Below, piece by piece: positions 7,007 to 15,645 of a stretch of 30,305 nt of DNA (the first letter of the stretch is position 1; every line of letters begins with the position of its first letter). The notes beneath the pieces are model-generated. The model did no database searches. It had not been told where the DNA came from and was given only the letters and a program-made list of their open reading frames with translations. A program made the translations under genes and the position numbers. Location of the stretch: positions 1 to 30,305 of the IMG/VR virus record IMGVR_UViG_3300012232_000038; one strand, written 5' to 3'. The stretch is from a virus (Duplodnaviria; Caudoviricetes).

Positions 7007-8184
7007 TCGCTAAGCAGCGCTTCAACTGTCGGCTCTGTGATGGGACATTTCGCCCGGTGCTATCACTCGGCGACCAATACCTGGTCCGCTTCCCCGACAA
7101 GATCGACGAATCATTGCCCAAGGCCCCACTCAGCCTGGTCCAGTGCGAGTCCTGCCATCTGCTCCAGCTAGAGCACACCACCAACCCCGACCTGCTGTTC
7201 CGGGAGTTCTACTACCGGAGCGGGATCAATCAGACCATGCGGGACGCGCTCCAGGACGTGGTGGACGACGCCTCGCACTATGTCCGCAAGGGGGTCTGGC
7301 TCGACATCGGGGCCAACGACGGGTACCTACTTTCCTGTCTGCCCGATGGTTGGATCAAGATCGCCTGTGAACCGGCGCAGAACTTCCGGCCCAACCTGGA
7401 GGAGCACGCCGACCATGTCATCTCGGACTACTTCTCGGCGGACCACGACTGTCTCTGGGACAAAACCCGGGGCCGCTGCGACGTCGTTACCTCGGTGGCC
7501 TGCTTCTACGACGTGGACGATCCCAACGAGTTCGTGGCCGACGTGGCCGAAGTCATGGCCCCGGGCGGGGTCTGGATCAACCAACTCAACGACTCCCCGA
7601 CCATGCTCAAGCGCAATGCCTTCGATTCCGTGTGCCACGAGCATCTGGTCTACTACGATATCCACAACCTGGCCCAGCTTTACGCCAAGCACGGCCTGGT
7701 CATCACCAAGATCAGCTTCAACGAGGTCAACGGCGGCTCGGTCCGCATCTTCGCCCATAAAGAGGTCTCGGGCCTCCAGCCGATGAATCTGCTGGGGGTC
7801 CCCAGGGTGAGCCCGGAGGCGGCCGGCGCCTTCGCCAGTCGCGTCAAGCGCTGGAAGCAGGAGATGGGCAACTACCTGAACAGCCTCAAGACTGGAGTCT
7901 GGGGCTACGGGGCCAGTACCAAGGGCGCGGTATTGCTCCAGTATCTCGATTGCGACGACCGGATCGTTGCGATCGCCGACCGGAACCCGACCAAGCACGG
8001 CAAGATGATGGTCGGCAGCTGGGCTCCGATCGTCGGCGAGGCCGAGATGAGGGTGGCGACTCCGCCCCACGTCCTGGTGCTGCCGTGGGCGTTCAAGGAT
8101 GAGTTCACCGAGCGCGAAGCGGAGACCAGGGCCGCTGGTTCGGTGTTCATCTACCCGCTACCCCAGATCGAGATTCAGCTATGA
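7003..8184 (+). CDS. NDP-sugar C-methyltransferase (TcaB9/NovU/EryBIII-like, Methyltransf_13/14 architecture)
   Basis: Zn site CRLC/CESC, LDIGANDG SAM motif, FDSVCHEH, NGGSVR, YGASTKG, DRNPTKHG, LPWAF, YPLP. GTGA overlap with terL. Confidence 0.9.
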   Translation: MIAKQRFNCRLCDGTFRPVLSLGDQYLVRFPDKIDESLPKAPLSLVQCESCHLLQLEHTTNPDLLFREFYYRSGINQTMRDALQDVVDDASHYVRKGVWLDIGANDGYLLSCLPDGWIKIACEPAQNFRPNLEEHADHVISDYFSADHDCLWDKTRGRCDVVTSVACFYDVDDPNEFVADVAEVMAPGGVWINQLNDSPTMLKRNAFDSVCHEHLVYYDIHNLAQLYAKHGLVITKISFNEVNGGSVRIFAHKEVSGLQPMNLLGVPRVSPEAAGAFASRVKRWKQEMGNYLNSLKTGVWGYGASTKGAVLLQYLDCDDRIVAIADRNPTKHGKMMVGSWAPIVGEAEMRVATPPHVLVLPWAFKDEFTEREAETRAAGSVFIYPLPQIEIQL

Positions 8185-8894
8185 GGTGGCAGGGGGCCTT
8201 CTTTGACGGCCGGGTCAAGATGGTCAAGCCGGGAGAGGATCTGCCCGAGCACATCTCGGCCCCACGCAAAGGCCACCGCCCGTCCTACCCCAACGGCTTC
8301 ATCTCGTCCTGGGCGGCCGATCTTTTCCCCGAGGGGTACAAAGGTCATGCGATTGACGTCGGGGCCAGCGACGGCATCTCGATCTCCTCGACCTACGTGC
8401 TGGAGAAGTGGGCTGGATGGCATGTGCTTTGTGTCGAGGCCAACCCGTTCTTCAAGCCGTTTCTGAAGCAGAGCCGCATGTTTGTGGAGATGTGCGCCTG
8501 CGGCGCTGAGCCGATGGACGAAGCCACGTTTTACGTCAATGAGGTGCGTCCCGAAGCCTGGTCAGCGCTTCAGATCACGCCGGGATTTCGGGAGCGGGCC
8601 AAGGTGCTCAAGACCAAGGGCGAAGGAGTCGAGTGGTCCTCCCACAAGGTAAGAGTCGATACGGTGGATCGGCTCCTGACCAAGTGGGGGTTCCCCAAGC
8701 TCGACGTGCTGTTCGTGGACGTCGAGGGTCATGAGACGGCGGTGCTTCAGGGTGCGGCACTCGACAAGTGGAAGCCCAAGGCAATGGTGGTCGAGAACTG
8801 GAAGGCCGGATTCACCGACGACTACCTCAAGGGTTTCGGCTACAAGCGGGTGGCCCGATCGGTGGACAACGATTTCTATGTCAGAAACGACTAG
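8181..8894 (+). CDS. FkbM-family methyltransferase (Methyltransf_21)
   Basis: IDVGASDG, CVEANP, LFVDVEGHE.AVLQG. Confidence 0.9.
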   Translation: MRWQGAFFDGRVKMVKPGEDLPEHISAPRKGHRPSYPNGFISSWAADLFPEGYKGHAIDVGASDGISISSTYVLEKWAGWHVLCVEANPFFKPFLKQSRMFVEMCACGAEPMDEATFYVNEVRPEAWSALQITPGFRERAKVLKTKGEGVEWSSHKVRVDTVDRLLTKWGFPKLDVLFVDVEGHETAVLQGAALDKWKPKAMVVENWKAGFTDDYLKGFGYKRVARSVDNDFYVRND

Positions 8895-8985
8895 CCAGCA
8901 CGGAGAAGAACGCCTGGTCCGGGCGTATTTTCCACCCGGGTTCAAGGGTCACGCCTGTGACATCTACGTAAAGGAGACCGCATGA
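8878..8985 (+). pseudogene. internally deleted second FkbM methyltransferase (35 aa remnant)
   Basis: MSETTSQHGEERLVRAYFPPGFKGHACD|IYVKETA aligns with FPEGYKGHAID and the C-terminal FYVRND of the upstream FkbM. Confidence 0.7.
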
Positions 8986-9821
8986 GCGAGATTGTGTTCA
9001 CGTTTCCGGGCAAGGCGGGAGACGCGCTCCATCAGTGGCCAGTTGCTTACCACTGGGCCAAGCAAGCCGGCCAGAAGTTCACCTGCTGGATGGACGAGCG
9101 GTCGTGCAAGATCGTGGCCCCGCTGTTCGCGGCGCAGCCCTGCGTGGAGAAGATCGAGTTCAAGCCCGGGGTGGAGACCTATAGCTGTGGTGGTCAGCCC
9201 TTCCACTTCGACCTCGACACCAAGGAGTTCATCGGCAGGACGGTCTACCACCTGGGCTTGAGGAGCTTCCCCCAGCGCCAGCTAACCCTCCACTGCCTGG
9301 CCGACTCCGGGGTGCCGGTCAAGGTGGAGCCCAGCGTCCTGGCGGACGAGCCCAGCCTGGTCGTCAATCCGCAGGAGAAGCGGAACCGGGTCATTTTGCA
9401 TGGGCAGGCGGTATGCCCTCACACCCGGGCGACGCCGGGATTCTGGAAGTTCCTCTACTCCATCCGGAAAGACCTGGAGGAGCGCTTCGAGGAGATCGTG
9501 TTCGTGGGCAGCGAGCGGGATCGCGAGGTGGCCACCCGGACCTATCCCCAGTGGCAGACCTTCGATGACAAGGGCGACTTCTCGGTCCTGGCCGACTACA
9601 TGGCGGCCTCTGAGCTGGTGATCGGGGTTGGCTCCTCGGTGGTGGTGCTGGCCAGCCTGCTCAAGGTGCCCAGCATCCGGGTCCACGACCCGATCTCAGA
9701 CGCCCCCAAGGCGATCTGGGAGAACCTTCAGCGGGTCCATATGAACGACACCGAGAACGAGCTTCGCAAGCTCTGGCCAGCGTGGCGGGACGAGCATTTT
9801 CCGGTCAAGGTAGCTGTGTGA
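8982..9821 (+). CDS. GT-B glycosyltransferase, GT9 (heptosyltransferase)-like
   Basis: N-terminal GKAGDALHQWP and C-terminal LADYMAASELVIGVGSSVVVLASLLKVP resemble GT9 motifs. Confidence 0.75.
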   Translation: MSEIVFTFPGKAGDALHQWPVAYHWAKQAGQKFTCWMDERSCKIVAPLFAAQPCVEKIEFKPGVETYSCGGQPFHFDLDTKEFIGRTVYHLGLRSFPQRQLTLHCLADSGVPVKVEPSVLADEPSLVVNPQEKRNRVILHGQAVCPHTRATPGFWKFLYSIRKDLEERFEEIVFVGSERDREVATRTYPQWQTFDDKGDFSVLADYMAASELVIGVGSSVVVLASLLKVPSIRVHDPISDAPKAIWENLQRVHMNDTENELRKLWPAWRDEHFPVKVAV

Positions 9822-10075
9822 GTGGCGGTCAGCCAACGCTGGGGAGCCTCGTGGATCACCTGATCGTGGTCAGCATGAAGCTCTGGGCGGTCCAGGATAA
9901 GGTCAATCTGGCGGCCCGAACGGACCGGGGGATTGATCCAGTCACCACTCGACAGCTATTCGACCTGAACTTGGACAGAAATCAGACCATGACCGAGATC
10001 GACCAGCTTCTGGCCGAGTCGGTCAAAACGGGCACCGCCAAGGTGGACCCGAGGATCAAGTTGACTGGCGACTAA
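9818..10075 (+). CDS. DUF4254-like helical protein
   Basis: TLGSLVDHL....KLW..QD....LNLDRNQ...EID pattern. GTGA overlap with the GT9 gene. Confidence 0.65.
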   Translation: MSGGQPTLGSLVDHLIVVSMKLWAVQDKVNLAARTDRGIDPVTTRQLFDLNLDRNQTMTEIDQLLAESVKTGTAKVDPRIKLTGD

Positions 10076-10124
10076 AACCGCCTTAGCGTAAGACGTTGAT
10101 GAAGTTGGGGACAGGGAGGTCCCG

Positions 10125-12044
10125 GTGGCGCAAGGTAAGTACCCTTCGGGCGAGATACCGCTAGAGCGCCAGGCCGTTTCCGCGGCGCGCATCATCGAAC
10201 TGGTTGACAGTCGCCGGCAAGATAGTATCCGGTACAACGCCGGTCTGTTCAACAAGTTGAAGTCCTACTACGACACCTATCGGGGTCTGTGGTCGGGCAA
10301 GATCAACCAGTTCAGGAACCAACTTTCGATCCCCTTCACCTTCGCGATGATCCAGTCGGACGTCGCTCGCAAGGTTCAGACCAGCTTCGGGGCCTGGCCG
10401 ATTGTCAGCTTCGAGGGCTACGCCCCCGAGGATGTGGCCAGGGCCAAGAAGAACGAAGTCCTGATCTCGGCCCAGATGAAGGACTGCGACTCGATTGTTC
10501 GCGCCGTGGACTTCTTCCTCCAAGCCGACATCTGCGGCACCGGAATCGCCCGCTTCGGCTGGAAGAACATCTCCCGCAAGAACAAGTACCGGAAGATGGA
10601 GCAGATTGCTCCCGGCCTGAGCGTCCCGGTGGTCTACGAGGAGCAGGCCGAAATCTTCAACGGTCCGGTCTGGGAGGCGGTCGATCGGCTCGACTTCTGG
10701 CAGCAGCCCGGAATCAAGCGCATCGACGACATGGCCTGGGTGATCCATCGCTATTGGGCGGACCTCGATGATCTGGAGGAAGACGCCAACAGCGACAACC
10801 CCTACTTCGATCCCCGTGCCGTCCGGGCCCTGAAAGAGACCCCGCTGACCGGAGCTGGATACCGCGAGTTCATCGAGCGGCGGACCGCGTTCCGCAACGA
10901 GTTCGACTACATCGCCCGCCAGAACGAGCGCTTCGCCAAGCCGATCGAGATTTGGGAGATGCACGGTCTGGTGCCGTCCGAGTTCTCCACCGATGGGGTC
11001 CGGAGTCGATGCATCGCGATCGGCAACGGCCGGGTGGTACTGAAGAACCGCGAAGGGGCGATGGCCAACCAGCAGAAGCCCTTCCTGGCCTACGCCCCGA
11101 TGCCCGACCCCTACAGCTTCGATGGGATCGGTAAGGCCGAGATCGCCTACGGCCCGCAGCGCACCATCGACCGCATCGGCAACCAGAAGCTGGACGCCGT
11201 CGATCTCCTGATCGATCCGATGTACGTCGCCTCCGACTCCGCTCTCAACAATCAATCCCAGAACCTGTTTACCCGAGCAGGGCGGGTGATCCTGGTCAGC
11301 GGCCCAGCCGACGAGTCCAATATCCGAGCGCTCCAGCCCAACATGCAGGGCGTTCAGTTGGCCTACTCGGAGATGGCCCAGCTTCACCAGTTCATGCAGG
11401 TGGGGATGGGGTTGAACGACATCATCATGGGGATGCAGACCGGCGAGCGTGAAACCGCTCGGGGAACCCTGGCCCGCCAGGAAAATGCTCTGACTCGGCT
11501 GGGCATGGAGACCGCTCTGGCCGAGCAGGGATTCATCGAGCCCCTGGCCAACGCCTTCCGTCGCATGGACCAGCTTTGGCTGCCGCTACCCCAGGAACTG
11601 AAGATCCTGGGCAGCATGGCCTTCATCAACCCGATCACTGGACTCCCCTATCCGCAGGATTCGGTGCAGATCGACCACGACGATCTGGCCCCCGACTACC
11701 GGGCCCGGGCGGTGGGGGCCAGCCAGATGATGGGCAAGTCGGTCAAGCAGCAGAACTTCCTGGCCCTGTTCCAGTTCCTGAACAGCAACCCGGTCTTGAT
11801 GCGGATGGTCAACTGGGCCAGCTTCGCCCGCCAGGCGTTCGAGTTGTTCGACTTCAAGAACGTGGACGAGCTTCTGGTCCAGACCGTACCGATGATCAAC
11901 CAGTTGGCCCAGGACACCGGACAGAGCCCGATGGCAGTTGCTGGCATGGCGAGCCAGGACCTGCCGCAACTGAGCCCAGAGATTCTGGGCCAGATGTTCC
12001 AGAGCCAGGGACCGGGCAGTCTGCCGGCGCTGTCCGCGGCATGA
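10125..12044 (+). CDS. portal protein (P22/SU10-like)
   Basis: 639 aa in the expected position. GTGIARFGW, DFWQQP, IEIWEMHG, FDGIGKAE and ETARG motifs, Gln/Met-rich tail. Confidence 0.9.
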   Translation: MAQGKYPSGEIPLERQAVSAARIIELVDSRRQDSIRYNAGLFNKLKSYYDTYRGLWSGKINQFRNQLSIPFTFAMIQSDVARKVQTSFGAWPIVSFEGYAPEDVARAKKNEVLISAQMKDCDSIVRAVDFFLQADICGTGIARFGWKNISRKNKYRKMEQIAPGLSVPVVYEEQAEIFNGPVWEAVDRLDFWQQPGIKRIDDMAWVIHRYWADLDDLEEDANSDNPYFDPRAVRALKETPLTGAGYREFIERRTAFRNEFDYIARQNERFAKPIEIWEMHGLVPSEFSTDGVRSRCIAIGNGRVVLKNREGAMANQQKPFLAYAPMPDPYSFDGIGKAEIAYGPQRTIDRIGNQKLDAVDLLIDPMYVASDSALNNQSQNLFTRAGRVILVSGPADESNIRALQPNMQGVQLAYSEMAQLHQFMQVGMGLNDIIMGMQTGERETARGTLARQENALTRLGMETALAEQGFIEPLANAFRRMDQLWLPLPQELKILGSMAFINPITGLPYPQDSVQIDHDDLAPDYRARAVGASQMMGKSVKQQNFLALFQFLNSNPVLMRMVNWASFARQAFELFDFKNVDELLVQTVPMINQLAQDTGQSPMAVAGMASQDLPQLSPEILGQMFQSQGPGSLPALSAA

Positions 12045-12232
12045 GAAGCCCGGCGCATTACCGCAGCACCAGGCGATCCAGCTTCCGCCGCTGGCTGGCC
12101 GAGCCGTTGGGATGTTTGGTCTGTGGGGCGGAGGCGGTCTATGTTTTTCCCTGCAAGTTCACTCGAAAGGGAGGCGAGACTATTCTTCCTTGTCACCGTT
12201 GTGGAGCGCGGACCCTGGAGACGGTGTGCTGA
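12041..12232 (+). CDS. small CxxC-CxxC Zn-finger protein
   Basis: ATGA overlap with the portal stop. CLVC...CHRC. Confidence 0.55.
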   Translation: MRSPAHYRSTRRSSFRRWLAEPLGCLVCGAEAVYVFPCKFTRKGGETILPCHRCGARTLETVC

Positions 12233-12531
12233 CTCCAGAGCAAGCGCAGCAGGTTCAGATCGTGCTGTCACTCGGAGGATGGCGAGAGGTCATGAAGCCC
12301 GCCTTGCTGACGAGGCGGGACAACGCGAATCGGGCTCTGGTGATGACGCCTACCGAACGTATGGCCAAGCTCAAGGGCTCGGGTTTCGACCTGGCCGATG
12401 AGGACCTGAGGGCCACGATTCGCGACTGTGAGTGGCTGGTCACGATCTGGGACGTCGAGATTCAGGCGTACCAGCACAATCAGCAGCGCGACGAACTCGA
12501 CGCTGCCAATCGACCTCCGGCGAACCCGTGA
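12226..12531 (+). CDS. conserved small head-module protein
   Basis: GGAG RBS before GTG. Helical protein (GWREVMKPAL) in the typical portal-scaffold position. Confidence 0.7.
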   Translation: MLTPEQAQQVQIVLSLGGWREVMKPALLTRRDNANRALVMTPTERMAKLKGSGFDLADEDLRATIRDCEWLVTIWDVEIQAYQHNQQRDELDAANRPPANP

Positions 12532-12547
12532 GGAAGGAGACTCAAGG

Positions 12548-13246
12548 ATGAGCGAACCGACGAACATTCCTGATCCGGCACCCGACCTGGCGGGATATCC
12601 CAGCACCGACGCTTTGGTGCATGGCTACCGTCAGTCTGGAGCCGAGGCCCAGCGCCAGAAGGCGAGGGCGGACGCTGCCGAGCAGCAGTTGGCCATGCTC
12701 TCTGCGAACCAGAAGCAGGCCCCTCAGGGCAATCCGTATGATCCGGCCAGCGAGCTGGAGACGCTGGGCATCCCGCTCCGCGCCCTCGATGCCTACGTCG
12801 AGAGCAAGGTGCAGGGCAGGATCGCTGAGGCGTTCCAGCCGATTGCGGCCGGATTCACAGCCCGGGGCAAGGTGGCGGCCGAACACCCCGACTACCTGAA
12901 GTACGAGCAGGACGTCGCTTCGTTCATCAACTCTGACCCACAGACCGCGCAGGCGTACAACAAGATGTTCAGCGCCGATCCGGTGGGAGCGATGGAATAT
13001 GCCTACCTCAAGTTCGGTGATTCTCGCCGACGGGCCAGACCCTCCCCGAACGGGAGCCCGGAGCAGGCCGTCCATGCCAGCATCCCGAGCGCGAGGCACG
13101 GCGATAGCCGTCGCGCCCCGGATCATGAAGATTCCGTTCGTGCAGCCTACGAGCGGTATCAGCAGACGGGCAGTCCCCGTGACGCTGTGGTGTACGCCAA
13201 GGCGCGGTTGAGAAACGTCGTCACGGATGAGTTCCTGAACCAGTAA
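12548..13246 (+). CDS. capsid scaffolding protein
   Basis: Coiled-coil start, HPDY motif, C-terminal YERYQQTGS.RDA. Directly upstream of the MCP. Confidence 0.75.
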   Translation: MSEPTNIPDPAPDLAGYPSTDALVHGYRQSGAEAQRQKARADAAEQQLAMLSANQKQAPQGNPYDPASELETLGIPLRALDAYVESKVQGRIAEAFQPIAAGFTARGKVAAEHPDYLKYEQDVASFINSDPQTAQAYNKMFSADPVGAMEYAYLKFGDSRRRARPSPNGSPEQAVHASIPSARHGDSRRAPDHEDSVRAAYERYQQTGSPRDAVVYAKARLRNVVTDEFLNQ

Positions 13247-13270
13247 TCAGGACTCGGAGGCCATAAGGAT

Positions 13271-14212
13271 ATGGCTGGCTCAACCACCTATGACGTCGGC
13301 TTTTGGCCCTCAGCCACTGCGCCGACTCACGAGGACCTGGTCGATATCGTGACCATCCTCGATTCGTTCCAGACGCCGTTCTTCTCCTCGGCTCCGAAGA
13401 ATCGAGCCCGGGACGTCATCCACTCGTGGACCGTCGATACCCTGGCGGCTACTGCGACAGCGGGTGACACGGAGACCACGGCCTTCGTTGCCGACACTCT
13501 CACCGCCCCGACCCGTCTGTTCAACGTCACCCAGATTTTCCGGCGTGACGTCGAGGTGTCGGACCGCGAGCGGGCATCGAATGTCGCCGGTATCCGCGAT
13601 ATGTACGAGCATCAGATCATGAAGGAGTTCAAGGTCCTGGCCCGGAACGTCGAGGCTCGCATCTTCGCGAGCACGCTGGCGTCTACTGGCACGGCCTCGG
13701 GCGACAACACGACTGCGTCTCGTATGTCCGGTATCCGTGGCTTCGCCATCATCACGGCAAGCTCGGCCTCCGGCGGTGTCACCACCGCGGACATCGTCAC
13801 CCTCTCGGAGGCGTTGTTCAATGCCGGTGCCGAACCGGACAGCATCTGGTTCGCGCCGGCCTCGAAGCGCCAGTTCGTCAATGCCACCGTCTCCAGCGGT
13901 TCGGGCAACGTGCGGAACATCGCGGCGACCGACCAGAAGCTGGTGGCGAACATCGACGTGTTCGAGACGCCGTTCAACCAGCTCTACGCCGTCATCACCG
14001 ATCGGTTCATCCCGATCAGCACCAACTCGGCGTCGGGTGCTTACTTCATCGGTGACCGCTCGATGGCCAAGGTCAGCTTCTTCCGGCCGCCGCAGCACAA
14101 GCCGATGGGCAAGGTCGCGGATAGCACCCGCGGCCTGGTTCTGATGGAACTCACGCTCCAGCTCGACCATCCGTCGTCTTGGGCGGCCATGACCGGAGTG
14201 ACCAACGCTTAG
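13271..14212 (+). CDS. major capsid protein (DUF5309/SU10-type)
   Basis: EDLVDIV...TPFFS, HSWTVDTL, NVTQIFRRDVEVS, RMSG, ELTLQ motifs. Confidence 0.9.
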   Translation: MAGSTTYDVGFWPSATAPTHEDLVDIVTILDSFQTPFFSSAPKNRARDVIHSWTVDTLAATATAGDTETTAFVADTLTAPTRLFNVTQIFRRDVEVSDRERASNVAGIRDMYEHQIMKEFKVLARNVEARIFASTLASTGTASGDNTTASRMSGIRGFAIITASSASGGVTTADIVTLSEALFNAGAEPDSIWFAPASKRQFVNATVSSGSGNVRNIAATDQKLVANIDVFETPFNQLYAVITDRFIPISTNSASGAYFIGDRSMAKVSFFRPPQHKPMGKVADSTRGLVLMELTLQLDHPSSWAAMTGVTNA

Positions 14213-14227
14213 TACCCCGTCGCGGAG

Positions 14228-14253
14228 GGGGCTGGGGGCTCGTCCCTGGCCCC
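14228..14253 (+). terminator. GC-rich hairpin after the MCP (terminator or stabiliser)
   Basis: GGGGCTGGGGG-CTCG-TCCCTGGCCCC, 11 bp with G-U pairs. No U-tract. Confidence 0.5.
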
Positions 14254-14276
14254 TGAAGCGATGGAAGGAGGACAAA

Positions 14277-14498
14277 GTGGCGCAAGGACCCGACGTCATC
14301 GGCGCGGTCGAAAACGCCAGTGATCCCACCGCGTCCGGTCTCGACTGGACCGATCCTGAGACGTGGAGTCATCCGACCGATACGAGCAACCAGCCGCTGC
14401 GGACGGGTGGCGGGCCGGACGCCACCGCTCCGGTCGGTGGCCAGGCCGTAGTGAAGGTCAGATGGAACACGAACAAGAACGACGAGAAGGAGGACTGA
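14277..14498 (+). CDS. hypothetical low-complexity protein
   Basis: AGGAGG RBS before GTG. P/T/D/G-rich. Confidence 0.7.
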   Translation: MAQGPDVIGAVENASDPTASGLDWTDPETWSHPTDTSNQPLRTGGGPDATAPVGGQAVVKVRWNTNKNDEKED

Positions 14499-14499
14499 T

Positions 14500-14811
14500 A
14501 TGGCTGGCGGCCAGAGCCACGCGCTGATCATCGTCAGCAAGGCCAAGGGCTGGGACCCGACCGTGATTCCGGCCCGCGGCAATAAGCCGGCCCAGAGCAT
14601 CGCCAACTTCGACAAGGATCAGGCGCTCGATCCGATGACTCACAAGACGACGGGGACTCTGCCTCAGGGCACTCCGCTGAACTTCTCCGAGGATCACGCC
14701 GACCCGGGCAAGACCGCTGCGCCGTGGGAGCATCCGGCCCACAGCGACGGCAACACTCCGGCGCGGCGCACCAGCGGTGCTGATCCAACGCCCGGGATGC
14801 CGGGAGCCTAA
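14500..14811 (+). CDS. hypothetical low-complexity protein
   Basis: AGGAGG RBS. P/T/D/G-rich. Confidence 0.7.
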   Translation: MAGGQSHALIIVSKAKGWDPTVIPARGNKPAQSIANFDKDQALDPMTHKTTGTLPQGTPLNFSEDHADPGKTAAPWEHPAHSDGNTPARRTSGADPTPGMPGA

Positions 14812-14820
14812 GGAGGCGCC

Positions 14821-15075
14821 ATGCCCAACGATCAGATCGTCTGGACCAAGAGCGGCAGCGGGACGCACGGAAATACCGACCAGCGGGCGCAGGTGCCGGA
14901 ATACGGCACGCCCCAGCCGGTGCTGGATACTGACACCAACACCATGACTTCGTTCGGAGTGCAGTTCCCCGAGAAGCGTGGGACCCACCCGTTTGATCAG
15001 GGAACGGCCGACTTCATGCCTGAGGGCGGCACCATTCCCGGGGATTCTTCGGACGTGTCGGACCAGGGCGCATGA
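14821..15075 (+). CDS. hypothetical low-complexity protein
   Basis: TAAGGAGG RBS. P/T/D/G-rich. Confidence 0.7.
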   Translation: MPNDQIVWTKSGSGTHGNTDQRAQVPEYGTPQPVLDTDTNTMTSFGVQFPEKRGTHPFDQGTADFMPEGGTIPGDSSDVSDQGA

Positions 15076-15476
15076 GCAGTTTCTTCATAGCAAAGAACGA
15101 AAGCATCGCAGACGTCCTGATGGACCCGGACCTGCTGATGGCGGTGGCTCCGGAGTATTACGGTCCGAGGTTCGACGCCATCAAGGAGCTTCGGGACGAG
15201 GACGACGGCACGCTGCACAAGGGGATGGGGTTCCGGCGGGTGGCCAGCTTCGTCAACGTGCCGCTGGCCAACGCCATCTCCACCGTGTTGGACCCGGAGT
15301 TCATGAAGGACAAGCGCAAGTTCTACGCTTGGTTGCGGAGAAACAAAGAATACTGCACTTATCAGATCAAGAGCCTCGAAACGATGGCAGCAATCAACCA
15401 GCGAGACTTTGGTCATCTGGGAAAGGAGACTGACGATGGCGGGCTACGCGTCGAGACCAGCACCCAAGACCCGTGA
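15072..15476 (+). CDS. conserved phage structural-module protein
   Basis: FRRVAS..P...D..F..WL pattern seen near capsid genes of this type. ATGA overlap. Confidence 0.7.
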   Translation: MSSFFIAKNESIADVLMDPDLLMAVAPEYYGPRFDAIKELRDEDDGTLHKGMGFRRVASFVNVPLANAISTVLDPEFMKDKRKFYAWLRRNKEYCTYQIKSLETMAAINQRDFGHLGKETDDGGLRVETSTQDP

Positions 15477-15645
15477 GAAGAAGTTCGGCCAGGGAGCCTA
15501 CGGATTTACCGAGTCGGACAGCGCCTATTCTCCGGGCAAGCACAGCACCGGGGGGCCGAGCACTGCCCCGATCGACTGGCTGTCAACGATGGTTAAGAAG
15601 GTGGGCAGAAAGATCAAGCCCTTCATCGACAAGCACTACAAATGA
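15436..15645 (+). CDS. small basic protein (MAGYASRPAPK...)
   Basis: AGGAG RBS. ATGA overlap with the glycosyltransferase. N-terminus shared with 1665-1838. Confidence 0.7.
   Translation: MAGYASRPAPKTREKKFGQGAYGFTESDSAYSPGKHSTGGPSTAPIDWLSTMVKKVGRKIKPFIDKHYK

Noticed and set aside
7003-8894. DNA methyltransferases / restriction-modification
   Set aside because: No DPPY/NPPY or PC catalytic motifs. The motifs match sugar C-methyltransferase and FkbM families.
10161-14329. Long minus-strand ORFs (10161-11387, 13310-14329 and similar)
   Set aside because: Antisense shadows of GC3-biased portal and capsid genes, with no recognisable motifs.
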